Counted from the whole stretch's first letter, positions 33,233 through 45,217 are shown. The stretch is 63,655 bases of DNA, filler included, from Pelomyxa schiedti (GCA_020536535.1; 13 parts of 13 records of this genome joined end to end with filler, not necessarily neighbours in it), one strand, 5' to 3'. Numbers and translations are program-made. The notes: a model not told the origin generated them from the letters alone.

Positions 33233-34615
33233 ATGAGCAGCACAGCGCACAGCGAAGAGACGACGCGGCCCGAGGAGTGCCACTGCACCAAGTTGGGCGT
33301 ATCGGCGCTCCAGGGCCTGTCTGCAGTTGCACAGTTCCTCGCCTTCGCCACATCGTTGCACCCGCGGTGCGGCCGAAACAGCATTGTGGGAGCGACCCTG
33401 ACGCGGGGCCCTGGCGGGCAGCACGTCATGATGCACATTTGGCGGCTCTGCCTTTCCTCAGTCAGAATCGTCCGCGCCGCAGTTGCACGTGCTAGCGACT
33501 TCGCGGTTCTGGAACAGAACTCTGTCTCCCGCAGTGGCGGCAATTATGGGACGCCCCTCCAGTGGTCTGACCTTGATGACTGCCTCGTAACTTTTGGGGT
33601 GTCAATGTTACTTGGTGGTGTTGTGTTGTTGAATAACAGTGGTGATTTTGTGAGTGCTGTGGCTCACAGTCACATGAACTGTGAGTGGGCTGCACTTGGC
33701 CGCGGTGTTATCACCAGGCAGGTGGAGAGTGATGGGAGGCCAAGCAATTTGGTTCAGTGCTTGGTGCCTAGGATTCCTCCTGTGATTTATCGCATGAATG
33801 GCAGAAGGGATATTGGTGGTTTGTGTGCTGATGTGGTTGGAGTGTTTGAGGGGCTGAGGGGTCTTGTTATTCAAGGATCAAACGCCAAGTGGTTTGTTCT
33901 ATTCAACAATATGAACTTGCACATCGCGAACTTGGAATTCACAGGATCAGAGCCCAACTCTTGCTTCTCAGTGGTGGTTGGGTTTCCATTGACCCCGCAC
34001 ATGGTGATTGACGGCATTTTGCTCAATCAGCGTGAACCAGACAAGGCTGTGATAAAGATGCACATTGTTGACCGGATACTTGATGCAAAACGGAGGTTGC
34101 TGGTTGTGGATGTTGCAACCACATGGTCTACAAAACACCTTTCAGTTGTGAGCACCACCAACTTCTCTGTGATTTCCAACATTGATACCATTCTCCTTCT
34201 CAAGAGGCACGATGGACAGAATGTGTTCATATTGCTTGTGGATTCCACTACCATTTTGCAGGTGGAAGAGTCCACTGGAGCCATGAACCAGCTTGCTTGC
34301 CATGATTCCAATGTTTCCATCTCACAGTTGAATGCATCAATGTTCTGCGTGGATTGCAGTCAAGGGCGGCCCAAGTGTGAGGTTTGGGATTGTGGCACAC
34401 CCCCAGCACAAGTGGTCTTGCGTGTCGATACTCCCTATGATTGCTGCAATGTGGTTGCTGTTCCCTACACAGGGTTGCTCCTGCAGGTGCTGGTGGTGAC
34501 CAAGCAAATCAAGGTTGTTGCTGTTGAGGAAACACCGCCTTTCCACTGTGTGAACATTTTAACAGTGAAGTTCTCTCAAGCTGCTCCAAAGAGGATTTTG
34601 CATTTGGCAGTGTAA
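33233..34615 (+). CDS. Orphan HPRCG-family protein
   Basis: AVAQFLAFATSLHPRCGRNSIV..MMHIWRL..FGVSMLLGGVV..SNAKW..VDVATTWSTKHLSVVSTT..VEESTG..SQLNASMFC..CEVWD. Confidence 0.8.
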   Translation: MSSTAHSEETTRPEECHCTKLGVSALQGLSAVAQFLAFATSLHPRCGRNSIVGATLTRGPGGQHVMMHIWRLCLSSVRIVRAAVARASDFAVLEQNSVSRSGGNYGTPLQWSDLDDCLVTFGVSMLLGGVVLLNNSGDFVSAVAHSHMNCEWAALGRGVITRQVESDGRPSNLVQCLVPRIPPVIYRMNGRRDIGGLCADVVGVFEGLRGLVIQGSNAKWFVLFNNMNLHIANLEFTGSEPNSCFSVVVGFPLTPHMVIDGILLNQREPDKAVIKMHIVDRILDAKRRLLVVDVATTWSTKHLSVVSTTNFSVISNIDTILLLKRHDGQNVFILLVDSTTILQVEESTGAMNQLACHDSNVSISQLNASMFCVDCSQGRPKCEVWDCGTPPAQVVLRVDTPYDCCNVVAVPYTGLLLQVLVVTKQIKVVAVEETPPFHCVNILTVKFSQAAPKRILHLAV

Positions 34616-35057
34616 ACACTCCTACTGCACTCCTTGAGACCAAGGAAAAAGTCCCTGCGTAGTGAAACTCTTTTCAATGCCTGACCCAACCATGCAAACA
34701 AAAATGAGTACCTCGTTTTTTATTCAATTCTCGGGATTGGTGGCAAGGAGGGCGAAAGATGATCACACGGTGGTCATCTGTCATCCAACCGACCAACCTC
34801 TTCCGCAATCTGGCCATGAAAGCTAATTCAGTTTGCCCTTTCCAACAGAATAACATGCTAAAAAAGTGGTTATGGGTTCATCCTTGTTGTGGGTGGGACA
34901 AAAAAAATGAAAAAGCTTTTAGTTTGGAGGCACAATTGAGGATTCAAAATGGTGGGTNNNNNNNNNNNNNNNNNNNNNNNNNNNNNNNNNNNNNNNNNNN
35001 NTTAATTAATTAANNNNNNNNNNNNNNNNNNNNNNNNNNNNNNNNNNNNNNNNNNNN

Positions 35058-35561
35058 CTGCGGTCTAATACAAAGGAAGATTTTGCACATATACTCGGAA
35101 ATATAATCAAGTTCGGTCCATACGACAGAGAAAAAGCACCTTTTGTACTCACCCCTGGTATGGGCTTTGAGAATTCCTACTTCACTTTCTTATTGCACCT
35201 TAGAATTCGTTCATTTTATGGGAGGATTAGAGAGCGAGAACTTTGCCACATTTGTAAAAACATGTTGCAAAGCTTACAACCTCCTGAGAGCAGACGCACA
35301 CATTTTCTTTGACTTGTTTAAACTCGTGTGTATCTACAAAAACATTGCCGGTCCCTAACGTAACCAAAAAAGATGATTCACATGGGAGTACCACAACTCA
35401 ATGGCAAAGAAGACCTCACCCACATGCTCAATGCATTCTCACTGGAGCTATCTGAACAAGACGCAGCCCACAAATTCACACTACTAATCACACAGAGCAT
35501 CAACTGCACAACCACACTAATCAACTTCCTTACACACAACATTGTGCACTGGAATGCGTGA
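35058..35561 (+). CDS. Phosphatidylinositol 3-kinase catalytic domain, C-terminal exons
   Basis: DFAHILGN..KFG..REKAPFVLTP..FVKTCCKAYNLLR..GVPQL..EQDAAHKF..INFLTHN, a class I PI3K-type C-terminus. Confidence 0.9.
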
Positions 35562-35741
35562 GAGATTACCACGGCACAGAACCAGCCCCATTGTACCACT
35601 ATCCCGGCTATACATACCCCCCTTTTGTACAACTCAATTTTCCTTCTGTAACTTGTTATTGTGAATCCGGAGAATGAAGAGGCATTCACGTTAGGAGAAG
35701 AGCGTTCATTGAACAAGGAATAAACCGAAAAAGCAAGGGGG

Positions 35742-36590
35742 ATGGCGGCCACGACAGGGACGGAGATGACGCGGATTGTTGTGGACGAGACCAAGTGCAT
35801 CAAGTGTGGGGCGTGTGCTGTTGAGTGTCCTTCTTTCTGTATCCTTCAGAGTCTTTTCTTTTTTTTTTTTTTGGATGATTTTTTCCTAGGCATTAAATGG
35901 ACAAAGGGAGCGGCGCCTGTTACTAGTACTACAATGTGCAGTAAGGTTGTTTCTTTTCTTTTTTTGTGTGTTAGGTAACGTTCGGTAGTGCGGACACTGT
36001 GCCGCTGTCTGCCCTGTTGGGGCACTTTCGTGGGAAAACAGGTCCTTGGAGGCTGACTTCCCTCCAATTCGTCCCGAATTAGCAGTTTCCGAGGCACAGG
36101 TGCTTTTTTTTTTTCGTCTTATAACTAAGAGAATGTAACACGGAGAAAAAACCAAAAGATTGAACAACTCGTCCGCAGTCGCCGCTCAATCAGGCGTTTT
36201 CTTCCTGGGCCTATTCCCCAAGCAAAAATTGATAGGCTCCTGGAAATAACCCATTACACCCAAACGTCTGGAAATACACAGATGATTGAATACCTTGTTC
36301 TAGTAACTCCAGAGCAGGTTGGTTCTTTCTCCCAAGAACCCTGATTCACAACAAAAAGGTTCGCAAGTACGCAGTTCCTGTTGTGGAATGGATCAAGGCC
36401 AAAAACCTCCCCTACTCTCAGTATGTTACCTCCCAATGGGATGTCGGACAGGACCCAATCTTCCGCGGAGCCCCTGTCGTCATAATTGCACTCTCTCCAG
36501 CTGTAGTCCAATTTGGAATGCCCGATATTGACGGCTCTATTGCCCTTACAACCTTAAGCATGGTTGCTCCCTCCCTTGGCCTTGGTACAT
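35742..36590 (+). CDS. 2[4Fe-4S] ferredoxin-nitroreductase fusion (3' truncated), intron-containing
   Basis: Two CxxCxxCxxxCP motifs (KCIKCGACAVECP and, across an intron, CSKCGHCAAVCPVGA), then RSRRSIRRF..TSGNTQ..DPIFRGAPVVII..DGSIALTTLSMVAPSLGLGT. Confidence 0.9.
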
Positions 36591-36805
36591 NNNNNNNNNN
36601 NNNNNNNNNNNNNNNNNNNNNNNNNNNNNNNNNNTTAATTAATTAANNNNNNNNNNNNNNNNNNNNNNNNNNNNNNNNNNNNNNNNNNNNACGCGAATCG
36701 TGTTTTTTTTTGAAACACAAATCGAAACCGTGTTGTGGAATTGAATCGGGCTCCTTTTAAGCGTTGGGTTTTTTTGAAAAAAAATATGGCAAAGCAAGGG
36801 GTACC

Positions 36806-38063
36806 ATGAGCAACAAGTGGGCTGTGGAAAAGCGTGCTAGACTGATTGAACGTTGTCATGAACGAGATGCGGCTCTAGTGGCAAGGCAAGAAGGTGTTGC
36901 GGTGGCCACTGTCTATGCATATCGGAAACGACCTCCGAGCTACGAGCCAGTGCATGGTGGTGGGCGAAAGGCCAAAATGTCACCAACAGTGATGGAAACT
37001 CTGAAGCAGTATATTGAGCTTAACCCCACAGCTACCCGACGTGAGGCAGTAAACTTTCTGTTTAATACTTCTGGAGAGACCTTTCAGTTGTCACCTTTCT
37101 TTTTTTTCTTCTTACATACTAATACTAGCCAAGGTTGTACGATATAAGCCGGGCAACCAAGAAGCTGGGCTTTGTGCTGCGTTTCACAACAAAGAAGATC
37201 ATTGGTGTCCGAAACGAGGTTATATCCTCCTAACACTGATGTAACTCTAAACCAACACACAGGCCCAGCGAATTTTATGGTGGCAAAATACAATTGTGGA
37301 TATCCCCAAAGGGTTTGTTTTTTTTAATTTTTTTAAATGTAAGAATATGTATCTCATTATGGAAAAAGGATTTGCAATATTGCCGTTGAATGCCTGATTG
37401 ACCTGGATGAAATGGGTGTAGATATTGCATCCACCAAACGGCGAAGGGGACATTCCTTACCTGGAGTCTCTGTTCGTGTACAAACTGTATTTATTTTATT
37501 TTCGCCATATTACTTCTAATATTTGATAGCCATCTTCTTCCAAGAGACTGAATCTACTCATGGCTGCAGATGTTAATATTGGTGCCATAGGAGCTTTTGT
37601 GTTTCCAGGTACCATGGATACCAGTGTCTTTTGTGCGTGGCTGGCTTTTATTTTCCTTCCAGCTATTCGTGGCCAAAAGCGCATCTGCCTAATGGATAAC
37701 CACCAAGCTCATCTTGATGCATCTATATTTAACTTGGTAGAACAGGAAGGCCACTTACTTTTGCGTAGGTATGTGTGCTTACTGCCCTCTTTCAAACTAA
37801 TTCTGTCAAGGCCAACATCCTCTCCCGATTTTGCCTGGATTGAACCATGCTTCTCCATTATCAAAGAGCATCTCCGGGCAAAGCAAGATATGATCACTGA
37901 CAGCAATCTTCAAGAACTCATTTATGCTGAAACTGGCCAAATAACTGGCCCTGTGGTGCAACATCTAGCAGCAGGATGCCACTACCTAGTACCAGGTCTT
38001 CCTTACAATCCTTATGCACCATACACATATCTGCAGGCAATGCAACACTTGTCAAATGAATAG
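36806..38063 (+). CDS. IS630/Tc1-like DD34E transposase, 5 introns
   Basis: N-terminal HTH (VARQEGVAVATVY; YIELNPTATRRE..ISRATKKLG). Catalytic IDLDEMG / LMDNHQAH / SPDFAWIE, with 34 aa between the second D and the E after splicing. Introns at 37087-37133, 37219-37262, 37313-37368, 37487-37529 and 37769-37810. Confidence 0.88.
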
Positions 38064-38066
38064 AAT

Positions 38067-39574
38067 TTATTTTTTTTCAGGAATTAATGGGAAAGGGAGA
38101 GGTAATGCTGGTGAGAGCGGAGGTACAGATGGGGACATATTGGTATCATACCCTGGGGTTTGGGGTGAAGGCATTGGGGTCTGTTGGAAAGGTTCGTAAC
38201 TCTGCCCCAACTGTGGTGATGTTTGTTGGGGCAGGAAATTCGGCTGTAAAGGAAAGGAATTATGCTGAGCCTGTTGCAAAGGTGTGAAAGTTTGCTGAGG
38301 TGGAGCTTGTTGATAAGGCATGGTGTTGTGGTATGGATGAGCTTGCTGGTAACCCAATAAGTCTGCTGAATAAGGAGGGGGTACTGACAAAGCAGGTGCC
38401 ACAAAAGGGAAACCACCATAACCAGTTGTAGATGTTGTTGTTCGTGTCTTCCCTTTCAGAGATGAGATGGGAAATGAGATGAAAACAATACCAATTGACT
38501 CACAGAACTGGGTTATCAATAAGTGTAAAGCTTTCTGATTTGCCTCAGGTTTTTTGTGGAATCGGGTACCTTGCTCATATACTTGGAGGACATCGAAAAT
38601 AAGCAAAGCAAGAGTTTCTGCCCCTTCTCCACAAAATGACATTAATGTGGTAGAAACAAACTCTGTGGAATAATGAAAAAATAAAGAGTAAAGTTCCAAC
38701 CTTTGAATTCATTGAGTGTTGACTGTAAAACAACCAGTTCCGCAGGGTTAGATTCTAACTGGGAGTCCGGGAACCAGAAACAGGGTGTGCCCGCTTATTT
38801 AATGGCTCAGTGGCAGCACTTGCATAAGAAGGTACCTGAGTTGGAAAATCTTTAAGAGAGTTGATAATTAATTAATTATCAAACTCCAGTAAAGAAAAAA
38901 AAAACAACCATGCAATGTCCCACTGTCTGTAATACTACTGTGAGAAGTACAAATTACAACAAGCTAAACCTTGGTGTTGTTTCGCCTGAACAAGAGCAGT
39001 TAAAGCAGATGGCTTGGTGGTAGAAAGGATGGCAAACTGCTCCAATGTCCCAGTTTGCTGCATCTCACTTGGAACAACTTGCTCCAGCTGCTGCTTCAAT
39101 GCGGCTGTCTTTTCAGCTGTCTGCTGCTGAGAAAACAGATCACTACATTTATTGTAGTCCCACCACTCATGACTCTTCTTATTAGTCTCATTGTAGCAAT
39201 CACATTCGCACCTTCTAGTTGATGTTGAACATAAAATGAAAGCTTTTTATTAATAACATACTGACAGTTGCAAAATGGTAGATTGCATTCAAGACATATG
39301 CCACCATCTTCACGCTCCTGTGTTTTACAGGCACACAGAGTAGGGGGGTTAAGCTTCGTGAATTGGCAACACTCAGGGCAGCCTATGAAATTGTTACAAT
39401 AAGATAAAGAGGGAGAAGCAAACCTCGGCATGGGTTGGTTAAATGCCCTGTGCACACACACTTTACACTTAACTTCACTGGTTTAGTCTTGTCCTTGACT
39501 TTCGCACCACGTTTATGTGGATTTCTTTCACAATGATGCCGACAGTTATAACAAGGAAACACTTCATCTGACAT
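38067..39574 (-). CDS. Cys-rich (multi-zinc-finger-like) protein with P/Q-rich C-terminus, ~7 introns
   Basis: Spliced by eye into one open frame: 19 Cys in the first ~115 aa (CYNC, CVC, CRGCPECC, CAC, CLEC, CNCQRCECDC), a helical middle region and a P/Q-rich tail. Its stop is 3 bp from the transposase stop. Confidence 0.65.
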
Positions 39575-41395
39575 TTTGTTTGTGGGCTTTTTTTTAATGT
39601 GGAAAAGAGGGGTGTATGCATTTATAACAGCGATTTTTTCTTTATGTATTCAGTGCATACAGTGTGAAGCACAACTTCGTCGGTCTTTCGTGGATTTTGT
39701 ATTTGTGGTTGACACCCTCAGACAGTATGCCAACCAACTTCCTCTGAGTGATGTTCCCCACACAGGCAGTGCCCGGTACACTGAACCCACACCCACAGGT
39801 TTTACTTCAACAATGAATAGCACCAATCAAAAAACAAAAAAAAATTCGATTCAGAAACACAACCCTGTTCTGAATTATGTTGAAAAAAAAACCCCATTCA
39901 GATTCAATTTTTTCCAGTGGCAAACGCATTCCGGTGTAAATAATCGAAGTTGATTAATAAAATAATCAACAGACCGGAACGCTGTCATTTTCGTCAGTGT
40001 TGCACTTCCACGAATTTGAGAATACGAAGTCTGTAACAAACACCCTGCCGGACCTCGCAACGTAGAGGAGAACGGCGCTCTGAAGGGCAAGGTGGGTGGT
40101 CACACACCGCGATGATGTGATGGTACTATAATACTATCGTATATTTGAATTGAAAGGCAGAAGGAAGAAATAACTGGTATTGTATAGCGTAGCAGTAGTA
40201 ACAACAAAACAATATCTGACAGTAATAATAATAATAGCAACGTGAACAGTCGCTTCTCCATATTCCCACATGTAATGGAAAACACAACTTGTGTTTAACC
40301 TCACCCGTATGCAAAGATGGTTGTGTTCTCAGATTGACTACACAGAGGCTGACAACAGGACGACATCTACTACACGGAGACAACACTTTCCTACATGAAG
40401 GTGGTGTTAACCTACTTGTGTTCCCTTAGGACTCTGCAAGCATTGATTGTTCACGCTCATACACAAGGCCACTGGCCAAGGAGAGTCTTGAATACTACTT
40501 CGTTCATCAAGACATAAGAATGTGCACACACACCAGTGAGTCTCCACGCCACAGCATCAATTCCACGAATCTCGAGCCTCACGACCACACCCAGTCTATA
40601 AAAAACAGCAACCAGCAACGACACCAACCATAAGCAGCACCAACCAACCTCGCTGATGAGACCTAATGCAGGTACTTACTTTTCGCGCGACTGCTTGGGA
40701 AAATTCGGGAAAATTCGTGCAATTGGCCTGGGGAACCGCAATTGACAAAATAATGATTACTCATGACCCAATTCCCCGGACTTAAATACCAACAAATCAA
40801 AACAAACAAACAAAAAAAAAAAATAAAAGGCAAGATCTACCGCACACATGCATGCGACGACCGGTACGTATACACTTCCTCTTTTCTTTCCTCGGTGTTT
40901 GTTGTTGCTATTATCGCGTGTCGTCTATGCATGTTTAATCTCATTCATTTGCAGCATAACTACGCGTGTCGGGACGCTGCTACCTCAAACTGTCGGTTCC
41001 TCACACCACAGTAGATCTTTGTCGTTGATTTGGCTGCCCGTGGTTGTGCTGAGATCCGTCGGGCCACCAGGTAATTTCCCAGTCCTCAGTTTCTTTTTTC
41101 CCGTCTCACGCCACACAGATTGAGCGAGACCATCATCGGGAGGCTTTCTTGATATTGCAAAAAACGCGGCCGCACTCAGCGAGAGATGTGCCACGAGTCA
41201 CCACCTTGACGACGGGGCCACGATCACGGGTGTGCGAAGCACAACTAGTAGCTCCCCGCGAAAGGACCCCACCGCGAGACGGTGTCTTGATGACNNNNNN
41301 NNNNNNNNNNNNNNNNNNNNNNNNNNNNNNNNNNNNNNTTAATTAATTAANNNNNNNNNNNNNNNNNNNNNNNNNNNNNNNNNNNNNNNNNNNNT

Positions 41396-41472
41396 GGGCA
41401 GGGCAGGGCAGGGCAGGGCAGGGCTCCAAAAAACCAAAGCAAAAACCAAACGCCAGAGAGAGAGAGAGAGAG
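41396..41472 (+). repeat. (GGGCA)5 and (GA)n simple repeats at contig start
   Basis: Visible directly in the sequence. Confidence 0.9.
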
Positions 41473-42849
41473 GAGCCAAGCAAGCACCAAAGAGAGAAAA
41501 ACGCCAAAATGGATGGGGCTCCGACTCTCCTATGGTGTACCTGTACGAAGTGTGCCGATAATTGAAGACGATCGTTGTTTGCTGTGGACCTATCAGTAGG
41601 ATCTCAAAACGACGTGGGTTCTCGTGTCGCAGAAGGGCCGTCCAGCTTGCGTGTCTCTGCGGTGCCGCCTGTTTTCCTGTTTGATTGTTCTCGCCCTTCA
41701 CCGAACCAATTCCTCTATGTAACTCTCGAGACACTCCCCGTAGCTTTCCCAACGAAGAGTTGCGCAAACAGCAACTTTGTGGATTGTGAAGGGCTGGGTT
41801 CGATGCAAGGGCATCGGCAAATAGCCTCTTTACTGGATACCTTGCTTTTCGCTGGTCGTGTGTCTGTTTCCACTTCTGTCTATGGCATCCTCGTTGTTGC
41901 CAACGGGTGATCACCTGAGGCGCTGGGCAATAACTCGTTGGTGAAATGGACTGCTGTTTCTCTCAGGTACAATAAAAAGTGGATGACAACAATTCCCAAA
42001 TGAAACAATGCAAGAGCCCGCGAGAGAGCCGGAAATTCCTTCCAATAGAACGTTCCACAAGCAGGCTATGACAATGCCAATGGAGTTTAACTGTAAACAA
42101 CTTGCTGAAACCTCACGGAACCTTCAGTGGAAACGAATATCCCTTTTGAGGGGTGTTGACTTGACTAAGCTACTTGGCACCCCAGCTGCCCAGGTGTTCC
42201 ATCTCACCGAGTTTTCATCCAGTCTGCATTTACTCAGGTTTGCTCTGCCTATATCCTATGTTTATTGGGATAAATGCACAAAGTACTTGTGTTTCCTCCG
42301 CCTCAGGATGTTCTGTGTGCTGTTGGGTACCACTCTCCGTGCAATATTATTCTCGTATCGACCCAGAGTTGAGGTTTTTTCACCAATAGGAGGGAACACG
42401 AAATTGATATTGTGTCAAAAACGACACCATCAAGGGACCCAAGCTCCAACGACATTGGAAGCGTTCTCTCCATCCTTACTTAAAAAAACCATTGATTAAG
42501 ACTGAATTCAAAACTTGGCTCCAGTTCCTGGTTTTTACCTCTTGCACTACTCCTACCCTCCTTTTTTTTTCAGTTTTAGAACTATTTCCCCTTTTTTTTC
42601 TAAAACCAGGAAGGAAACCCAAGTGTTAAAGTCCCAAAGCACTTGAAGTATAATTTGTACACAGAGGCTAAACGGCTTCAGTAGACAAAATACTTTTTTT
42701 TTATGTGACAGTTGTAACAAACAACACAAGAATCCATATTGATGATCATTTTTGCTCAGCTGGATCCTGTTTTTCTTTGTTTCATAATTTGGTGTATCAA
42801 GGAGGAGTACCTTTTGATTTGGGAGTGGGAGAAACTGCAAATGGGAATG

Positions 42850-45217
42850 GTTAGGAGGTAAGTAAGAACTTTTTCTAAAAGTACCTTTTTGGGTGACAAG
42901 TTTCTTCAGCAGCCGTGTTGTAAAGGAAGCCTGAGCAATATTGGCAACAGAATATCCCAATGTGGCCACCGCCTCCACTCCTTCCGTTCGTTCTTTGTCG
43001 GCGGCACTTTGTTTTGATTCGGAGTTGCAATTTTGAATTTTGTATTTTGTGTGAAAAACGCACCTATTGTTATTATCTGCATGCAGTGTCTCTTCAGTGG
43101 CAGCAAGGATGTTTTCGCTGGCATTGGTTATAGACCCCCATACATTTTCTTTTTTTTTTGCATTAGTGGGTGGAGTGAGATGAATGAATTTAACACGCAC
43201 GGGCACCCTGGACCGATGCAGAAGCAACTTCCTTTGCGCCAGAGAGGGCATTGGGTTCTGGCAAAGGCATTGGAGGAGTTGTTGCTGTTGCTGTTCCTGT
43301 TCCTGTTGCAGGGCTGTGCTGAGACTGTGACAGCTTCATACGGCTCTGAATGGGAGATACAATATTGTTGGAAATGAATGACCCGGCTGTGAGGGAGGTT
43401 TTGTGATGAGATGAGTTTCCTTTCTGCGGGAGATAGATATTGGTGTGGTGCCCTTTTATTTATCTTCACTCTTCACGTTTCTTATCACATTTAGGGCTGG
43501 AGAATTGGTAATACTCACCACGCGCGGCATTGGTTGTGATTGAAGTGGCTGCCGGCTCCAAGTTGTACATGGTTGATTTGACAATCTCGGTTCCTGGAGG
43601 CGCTTCAATATCCTCCTTTTCCACAAAGGTATTCACGAAGTTCTCAGAACTGGAAGCGGCGAGTGAGGGGATGAAAATCATTCCGGATTTATATATAGGG
43701 TGGCACCTTTTGATTCGTGACGAAATGAATGTACCCGTGCTTCTGATTCCGCTGGCTGTCATGCTGGTGGATTTTCCTATCACAGTACCGGCTGTGTGCA
43801 GAGTTTCGTAAGTATCATTGGCCTTGGGTTTTGGAAGAGGATCAGGAGGTGGAAGAACTTCTTCAAGATATGCAGGGTTTTCTGAGGTGTGAATGTGAGT
43901 TTGTTGTTGCCAGATGTTTGAGGTTGGGAACCTGATGCAGTGCTGTCACCCGTGATTGTAAGCGTACACGATGATTTGAGGAGGTCTTTGAGGCGGATGA
44001 TATCGTCAGGAAGAGTGTCTCTACAAAAAGATTATATGTGGGACCTTCAAGATAAAGTTCTACAAACTTGCCAAGCAAAATGGAATCGTACACCTTCATT
44101 TGTATAACAGCATCTGGATCACAGGGAGTTGGCAGGGTAATTCTACAGCCACCATCAGGGTTGTTGTCCTGAAGTAGACAGTGCATCCTTGGCTGGATGG
44201 TAATTACGCGGTGTCCAACGCAAATTGTTTCCAATGTGATTGTACCTTCCTGTATGATAGGAAAAAGGGTCAAATAGATACTCATGAGGTGAGGATTTTC
44301 AGTAAACTTCTTCTACCTACTTTTTGTTGCACAACAGAAAAATCTAATGGACCAGAGGCCACATGCTGGGTTGTGATGGTATTTGCCACAGCTATTAAAG
44401 ACAATAGTTCTGGATCGTGATGTCAAAAAAAAGAAGTAAAGTATCTAGAAGAGTAGTGAGTGCATACCTGAATAGGAACCAGAGAGCTTAGAACTTTTTA
44501 CAGCATTTTCGGCGTTCACCACTTGTTCGGCGCCATGGATTGTGTTACTTCCCCCTGGCAAATTTTCAGAAACTAAGTTTCCTTCTTGAACCTAAGATCG
44601 AGATTTAGCATACTAATATTCATTGACGCATTTGACATTGGAGGAATATCAGACATACATACGTTGTTATTCTCACCGCCTACTTTGCTGCTGCAGCTGT
44701 CATTCACAAGCCCGGTGCTAGTGGCATCAAATGTCAAACTCGGAACAACTTCAACGCCGTTGCCACGAATGATTGACTGCGTTTGCGATTGAAGTTGAGG
44801 CTGCCATTGTGACTGTGATTGTGATTGTGACTGTAATTGCAATTGCAATGGTGTTTGTGATTGTGGAGTTGATGACTGGGACACAGGGTCGTAGCACTGG
44901 TACGTGTGCGCTGAGGTGGCTCCGGAGTCGCGGTACGGCGGGTACGGATACGCAGCGGGGCTGTTTGCGCAGGTGAATTGTGGGTGGGGGCACTGATACT
45001 GAGGTGCGTTCTGTTGCTGCTGGTATGGGGGCTGCTGAGACTGATAAAGCGGATACTGGGGGTGCGGGTACTGATACTTGTACTGGCATTGATAATGAGA
45101 CAGGTCCGGGTACTGATGATGCGGGAACTGAGGCTGGAATGGAGGTGAGGAGTAATTTGGAGGCTTTGGTGGCAGGGGAGGAGGCGGGGGACTCGAGCCG
45201 CGGTTTGTGGTCGACAT
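42850..45217 (-). CDS. Senescence/spartin-domain protein with Pro/Gln/Tyr-rich N-terminus; multi-exon, 3' end uncertain
   Basis: TAGTVIGKSTSMTASGIRSTGTFISSRIK..ALSGAKEVASASVQG..VWGSITNASENILAATEETL..EAVATLGYSVANIAQA matches the amphipathic helices of the Senescence (spartin) domain. Confidence 0.6.

Larger units (their letters stand above)
36691..39958. mobile_element. Putative two-gene IS630/Tc1-mariner DNA transposon (left terminus cut by contig end)
   Basis: A DD34E transposase and a convergent Cys-rich gene lie between imperfect inverted repeats 36691-36748 and 39847-39904 (34/48 ungapped over the inner part). Confidence 0.6.

Noticed and set aside
38067-39574. Transposase partner as Fanzor/TnpB
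   Set aside because: No recognisable RuvC I/II/III motifs. The Cys cluster is N-terminal and the C-terminus is low-complexity.
41396-41423. (GGGCA)n as a telomere
   Set aside because: Short, and the G-rich strand points inward from the contig start, which is the wrong polarity for a chromosome end.
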